A stretch of 64,000 nt of DNA from Tubiluchus corallicola (lineage: Eukaryota; Animalia; Priapulida): NCBI GenBank assembly GCA_030141605.1, contig JAQGDQ010000096.1:578426-642425 (forward strand), written 5' to 3'. The position numbers and the translations under genes were made by a program. Below, one piece after another: positions 58,006 through 64,000 of this stretch (positions are counted from its first letter, which is position 1; every line of letters begins with the position of its first letter). The notes below the pieces were generated by a model, which was not told where the DNA came from, did not search any database, and saw only the letters and a program-made list of their open reading frames with translations.

Positions 58006-59703
58006 TTAAATGAAACAAGAACTCGGATTGAAAAGACAAGAAGTTTCAGTGTGATGAAATTTTGAGCCCAGCTCTTTCAAGCGCTTTAGACCTTCTTCAG
58101 GGCTATTGTGATATTTCCTCGTCCACGCGTCCAGCAATAAATTACTGTAACTTTTTCTTTGAAAATATTTCAAGTATTTGTGAGATGTTGGACTGGGAAA
58201 GATACGCTCAAAATCACCACGTCTGTGATACTCATCTTCTGCTTCAGCAAGCTCACCTACGTCGGCTGGAGTGAGATCATCCAGAATACTTTCGACTACT
58301 TCGTCTTCAGTTGCTTTCGTGATGAAATAGCTTCGCTTTTCTCTCTCAAATGGCGCGAGATTGAAATCAGGCAGTGTTGAGGGTACATTGGAGTCATGCT
58401 GTGACGTAGAAATGTTTTTTCGTTTTACAAAAAGCTGTTTGGATTTGTTAGGCAAATGATATCCAGCCATATTAAGAAAGTCCGTTATCATCTGTGTAAC
58501 GAAAGTTGGCTTTGCAACGCCCGGGCTGACATTGCATTCTAATAACCATGGCTTTAATTTGTTGTCCAGTAAAATGTCATATCCGTACAATTCATGGTGC
58601 GAGTAGGAACTGCGCCCATAAGTGTTCAAGGCGTCATTTAAGTCAGATTCACAGCTGATAAACTGCTTCACCACCATGTCTTTGATTTTCGACCATAGTT
58701 CCTCCGTCTTAAGGCCTTTTCTTTTTAAATAATGCCACAAAGCTGACAAAGACCATCTGTGTGGCGCTTCTCCAAAACTGGTGAATCGTTTTGTGTGATA
58801 GTCAGAATTTTTTGTATTAATAGCAGTATTTGTTAAATGCACAAAATCATTTTCCAGTTCATCAGAGGCAATGGTATAGTTATTTGTTGCAAACCGAACC
58901 GTTCCTGTCCTGTGAATGTAGATTCTTAATGGTTCTAGTGAAGGAACGTACACGTACAACCTTATGTCAAATTTCCGTCTTTCAATCTGGTAGGGCTTTG
59001 AAATATACTTTTGGATAATAACATCTCCTCTTGGAAACTGATAGTTGTTGTTGATTATCTTGATTCCCTTACCAGAGTGTTTTTCAGGCGGCTTGGTGAT
59101 CCACATGTTCTTCTTGGGATTTCTTGCAGAATACCTTAAAAATGCAAGCATTTCTTCGGGTAGAATGAAAGTCAAAGGTATAAAGTTGAACTCCTTCTGT
59201 CCGTGCAAATAGCGCATGCGCAGAAATTTCTTCCAAAAAGTATCTTTCCGCGTGCACAGCGGCATCGAAGCTGGAAAGTGGTCAATCTTCTGGTACGGTG
59301 ACAAATATTTATATTGAGAAGTTCTCTTTGGCAAACACCAACACCCAATCCACGTATTATCTTCTGTTAAACGAATATTGGAATGCTCTGTGATCAATTC
59401 TTCGACTATCTCAGCGTCTGATTTTGGTCGTTTAACCTTCACTTTTAGTAGCCTTTTATCTAAACTTGGAAGCTCTTCAACAATTTGACCAGGTAAACCG
59501 AAGTTGATTGCAGGTACAACGTTAGGGAAGAGACTAGGCATCAGCGCTGGAATGAACCGTGGACATTCTCGAATCAGTGAACTGTTCAACAGTGCTTCAT
59601 CGTTGCTCGAAACTTTCGCTATTAACAAAATCACAATAAACTGAAAAATTAAAGCCATTTGTGATCCATGAAATGGCCAAGATTTTAACAGCAAATACAT
59701 CAT
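58006..59703 (-). CDS. Intronless TTLL4-derived ATP-grasp ligase (tubulin-tyrosine ligase-like) with a predicted N-terminal signal peptide, 565 aa
   Basis: One uninterrupted ORF with a CAAAATG start context. TTLL4-specific blocks SLFPNVVPAINF, WIGCW, QKIDHFP, RKD..W, WITKPP, IQKYI, KFDIRLYV, VRFA, HLTN, ELYGYDILLD..LKPWLLECNVSP and LTPADV..L.EAEDEY.RRGDFERIFPS. AATAAA lies on the minus strand at about 57583-57592. Confidence 0.93.
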   Translation of the reverse strand: MMYLLLKSWPFHGSQMALIFQFIVILLIAKVSSNDEALLNSSLIRECPRFIPALMPSLFPNVVPAINFGLPGQIVEELPSLDKRLLKVKVKRPKSDAEIVEELITEHSNIRLTEDNTWIGCWCLPKRTSQYKYLSPYQKIDHFPASMPLCTRKDTFWKKFLRMRYLHGQKEFNFIPLTFILPEEMLAFLRYSARNPKKNMWITKPPEKHSGKGIKIINNNYQFPRGDVIIQKYISKPYQIERRKFDIRLYVYVPSLEPLRIYIHRTGTVRFATNNYTIASDELENDFVHLTNTAINTKNSDYHTKRFTSFGEAPHRWSLSALWHYLKRKGLKTEELWSKIKDMVVKQFISCESDLNDALNTYGRSSYSHHELYGYDILLDNKLKPWLLECNVSPGVAKPTFVTQMITDFLNMAGYHLPNKSKQLFVKRKNISTSQHDSNVPSTLPDFNLAPFEREKRSYFITKATEDEVVESILDDLTPADVGELAEAEDEYHRRGDFERIFPSPTSHKYLKYFQRKSYSNLLLDAWTRKYHNSPEEGLKRLKELGSKFHHTETSCLFNPSSCFI

Positions 59704-59867
59704 TTTGTATATACTGTGCCAACATATAAACTTGGTTAACCTAAAACCGGTTTACTACTATATTATGACTCCTACAGTAATTTGCTGCCCCGATACTGCC
59801 TATCGAAAATCAAACGGAAGCCACTTCGCTGCCAGCACGGCAAAATACTGCATCCAGGGGTCAAGTA

Positions 59868-61050
59868 TTGCTAAATGAAACTACGTCACAGGTAAATCAA
59901 CCAGCGCAGGGCGGATCGCTGTCACAACAAGACGCTACACAGCCTACACTTGCAAGGATGCAAATGTGTCTACAATCGCAACAACAGATGCTCCAAATGC
60001 TTCAAGAAGAACGAGAACGCGAACGAAAAGAAGAGCTAGAGTTAATCCTAGAGTCGGTGAAAAAGAAACCCGTCAGCAGTCCGCCACCGCATATGTCATC
60101 AGATTCTACTACGAATTTTACAATCGCGAGGCTCCCGAAAATCGAACTAGCAAAATTTAACGGCAACGCATTAGAATGGAACAATTTCAGGGAATCATTT
60201 AAAATCAACGTTGACAGCAGACAACTCAGCAACAAACAGAAATTAGACTATCTACATCGAGTTTTAGAAGGACCAGCGTATGACAAAATTAAAGGGTTGG
60301 GAATGGAAGGCGACAAGTACAGTGAAGCAGTCACTATTTTGAAGAATTTTTACGGCAATCCCGGTTTTTAAGAGAAAAGGCACTGGGAGTCCCTGAAAGC
60401 AGTTCCGCACGTGAAAGAAAACCTGAGTAACCTTGAACAATTTACCGGTGAAATACGCCCAGTTACTATATCGCTCAAACGTCAAGGCATTACAAATCAA
60501 GCCCTCGACACTCACGTGACGGAGTTAGTAGGAAAGCTACCTAAATATCTGACGGAAGAAATGAATAGATTTCGGCTGTATCAAGGCAAAAAGAGAGATG
60601 CAGTAAAGATGGAAGAATTAATTTCATTTTTGCAAGACTACCAAGAAGTAAATTTACATCGAACCAATGAAGGACAAGTTAAGAAAACACAGCTGCGGAA
60701 CCAGGGTTCTGGAACAGAAAAAGCTATCCCTACTGCAAATTTTATTCAGAATGTTCCCAGAAATAAACTGAGATGCGCCTTTTGTGAAAAAGACAATCAC
60801 TACAGTGACGAATGCAAGAAGATGGTAGATCCAAAAAAAAACGCAAGGAAATAATAGCCAATGCTAAAAGATGCTACACATGCTTGAATACCCGACACTT
60901 AATGAAAGACTGCAACAGACAGAAGCCATGTTTCCACTGCAAAAGTACCAGTCACAACTCAGCGCTCTGCGAGAAACGAGAGAAGATTTTATCTTCCCAA
61001 CATTTAGCTGTACAGACAGAACCAAGCGTCACTGAAACCATAGTTAAGCA
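59868..61050 (+). mobile_element. BEL/Pao LTR-retrotransposon gag pseudogene, truncated at 61050
   Basis: DUF1759-type RLPKIELAKFNGNALEWNNFRESF...KLDYLHRVLEGPA and three Cys/His knuckles (CAFC..NHYSDEC, CYTCL..RHLMKDC, CFHC..SHNSALC). It has a stop or frameshift near 60370 and another near 60840. Confidence 0.88.
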
Positions 61051-63941
61051 ACATTCAATTTGAGAGAATAAGACTTAAAGTTTGAAAAGCTACATTAAAC
61101 TTTACAGCAAAGTTATTAGTATTGGAATGGAAATTTTTTGCATATTATAGATAACTGATTTTCAAAATGGTACTAACTACTTCCTTTTCTTCATTATTAC
61201 ACTGAAAAATCAATAATCAGCAAAAAACTTTGGAATAAGTTTGCAATTCCCCATACAAATTAAATACCCCAAACCTAACCATAACCCAATCCTAACCTTA
61301 TCGTTAGTCCTAACAACAACACCAACCTTGACCCTGATCGTAATCCTAACCCTAATCCTTACATGCTTCTGGAACTAATTTTTTGTGTGTGGGGAATTGT
61401 AAACTTTAGCCAGAACTTCTATTGTTGCAAACGTCAAATGTTAATAAGTTTTCAAGACCGTTGTAACAATAGTGATTTTTTTAAAGATGGCTGTCAGAAC
61501 TTCTGTATAAAAATCTGTATTTTATATTCATTAAAATGTTACTTCCATTATAACTCTTTATTAAATAATGGTTGCTACTACTTGTTTATGTTTTGGTACT
61601 TAAATGCTTAAATGCTATGACTTATTAGTGAAGAAACATTCAAAATAGCTGCTGTATAAATGCCAGATTTAGAGTTAAGGAGACATCACTGTTTTTGTAT
61701 TTGGTTTCTATGGAAGACATACCTACTGACATTCTATTATGAATTTATATCTTTATTTAAGTTATTATTACGTGTGGCACAAGGTGGCCAAACAGTATAA
61801 TGCTATAATATAAAAATGTTGTGCATGTTACGTCTATTTACTTTAGTAAACAAACACAAATGCATTTGCTTTTAAATTTTTTGTCTGTAGATAGTTCCAC
61901 TGTCAAAACCACTCATCATTATCATCATCAGCCATTATTATCAGCACATTCATCAATATTTTTATCATCAGCATTATGTAAGTGTACTTGAAAATAAAGT
62001 TTTTTTGTCCTATTTTTAACATCAGATATATTTAGACTGAAACGGTAGCAGGCTTTGCAACTAGTGCTCTTCTATAACACGCAGTTCACACATAGGTTTT
62101 CCCTAATAATACAAATCTTTTCTATTCTATTGATTTCAGTTTAATTCTTCGCCACTGCAATGCGTCGTTGTAGTCTAGGTAAAATAGTCTTGGTGAGATA
62201 TCATCTCAGATGAGCTATTTTTGTTTTGCTTATGGAATATATTCACCATATGTTATAATCATTTACTTTTGTACAATTAATACTTGCTACTGCCGTTAAC
62301 TAGGTCAGTGTTTCTGCTTCTTGCTTCAATACTGTAGAATGTTTATCAATTTTTCTCAGTTTCTATTTCTAACTAATCTCACTGCTCTTGTCTAGTTTTG
62401 TTTTGCATATTCCTCGTCTTATGTAGTTTGCCGAATGTCTTGCTGAACTTTTATTTGAGTCTGGGGGTGTGGAGTGATTTTTTAATTTGCTTAATGTGCA
62501 AACATATACTGTCGAGTTACTTATTTATTGCAAGTTCTGCTGGCACTGATTATTCATTGTTTTCACACTCATTCAGTATTTCATTTGAAATTTATTTTAA
62601 AGCCTTCTAGCTACAGTTAAACAAAATATCAATTTAGATTTAGATTTAGATTTATTTATTTATTCATTCATTTAATGCAATATTATACAAAATATTACAG
62701 TTACAGAATTGACAATGTATTGCAGTGCTATGAGTATAGTAGAAGAAATTAATTTATAAGCTAAGCTCAACACGGATAGGCCTTAATTATAACATAGATA
62801 AACACAGACATAACACTGACATGTCATGCGAAACAACTAGGCTAAATTTTAAATTGACCAATTCGCAAAATTGCTACACAATGTCTCTTTACAGACAGAA
62901 ATATTCTCATTAATTTACAAAAAACAAGCAGTAGCTACATACTAATTAGGCACTAGTTGTTTATTCCTTATGCAGTGAAAACAAAGAAGGATAAAGAAAT
63001 TGGCATGAAGTCTTACTGCAAGATTTCAAAAATTACTGCATGAGCTGCTTAAATTCGATTGCAAGTTAATGTTAGATCTGTACCGTGTTGTAATAGCCAC
63101 ATGACCAGTATTTCATCAAGTTTGTAACATGGATTTAAATGCCCAGACAACATATCAAGCAATACTTTAAGTGTCCCACTCATGGGTTATTTTTGCCATG
63201 CAATCGGATGCAGTTATTTTATAGGTTTTACACGTCAAATGTAGACACAGGAAAGTTCAAGTTTGACTTAGTTAAATCAAATGTAGATGCATTACTTTGA
63301 ATAAATCGGTAATTAACTTATTTCAAGTGCAAATTACAAAAAGATAAACCAAATTAAAATTATATTTTATGGTCATGGTGTTATCGGCAGCATCAATTTT
63401 TTTATATTATATTTAATTAATTTGCAACTATTTGTATGGACGTTAATACATTTTTCAAATGTAAAGAAAATTTTTATTTGATAAGAACACTTAAAAGCGG
63501 TGTACATAAATAAGTTAACAATTATACAACTATTAATATATACACTATTCTACATTTTATTTGTCAACGTTTTACAAAAACATTTTTTTGAATAATTAAT
63601 GAAATCTGCAAAATTAAACTTGTAATCAATGCTCAACACCAGCATTTTAAATATACGCTGACTCATGAACAATAAATAAACAACAAACATGAACAAAAAT
63701 TTAATACAAACAAACTTTACATCAGAATATCATCGTTGGTTAAGCAGCGTGGTACATACTGCTGCATATGCCGAAAATAATTGGCTGCATCTGCGCGTGG
63801 GGTTATGATATTAATAGACTGTTCTGCCAACTGAGCTAATGTTACCATTCTCTGATCGTGATTCTGCACTAGAAGATTTTCTCTAATATCTGCAAGAAGA
63901 TGCTCCATTTCAGCCTTCCACTGACTGAATACGTTTTCGAC
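61051..63941 (+). repeat. Direct-repeat segment, copy 2 (pairs with 47156-50052); probably continues beyond the window
   Basis: Near-identical to copy 1, with a start offset of 13,895 bp. Confidence 0.96.
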
Positions 63942-64000
63942 AATATTTAAAAAGGGAAAATAAGGAGAAAGCCTCTTAATTTGAAATGGTAGGCCCAAGT
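63222..64000 (-). mobile_element. Second copy of the Tc1/IS630-like element (left end and transposase C-terminus), cut by the window end
   Basis: Same TIR start (TAGGTTTTACACGTCAAATGTAGAC). ORF 63717-63998 reads IKRLSPYFPFLNIVENVFSQWK. Confidence 0.9.

Noticed and set aside
58062-59018. Short + strand ORFs overlapping the TTLL gene
   Set aside because: They are antisense shadows of the real CDS.
47156-61050. Giant LTR element or Helitron that captured the TTLL gene
   Set aside because: I found no TG..CA ends, PBS, TSD or CTRR hairpin end at the repeat boundaries, and the repeat itself contains nested old TEs. Segmental duplication is the simpler explanation, though capture cannot be fully excluded without downstream sequence.

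Overview
AT-rich, intron-rich eukaryotic DNA, probably from an invertebrate metazoan. Hand-built spliced models give five genes. SURF2 (minus strand, first two exons) is head-to-head with a 23-exon AXDND1 (+, about 1113 aa). TSR3 (-) is head-to-head with GNPTG (+), the same divergent pair seen in human. The fifth is an intronless 565-aa TTLL4-derived ATP-grasp ligase (58006-59703, -). The TTLL4 derivative is the most notable feature. A signal-peptide-like leader replaces the long TTLL4 N-terminus, the ATP/Mg-binding motifs are intact, and the residues that bind donor glutamate and set initiase specificity are changed, suggesting a secretory-pathway amino-acid ligase of new specificity. It lies between two direct copies of a segment of at least 2.9 kb, 13,895 bp apart, which may mark a tandem duplication with a second TTLL copy just beyond the window. 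The rest is TE debris: Harbinger, Tc1/IS630-like, pogo, hAT and other MITEs, BEL/Pao and Gypsy-like gag, RTE/LINE relics, and a SINE with an internal 76-bp array. All homology calls are from recalled family motifs; no searches were run.
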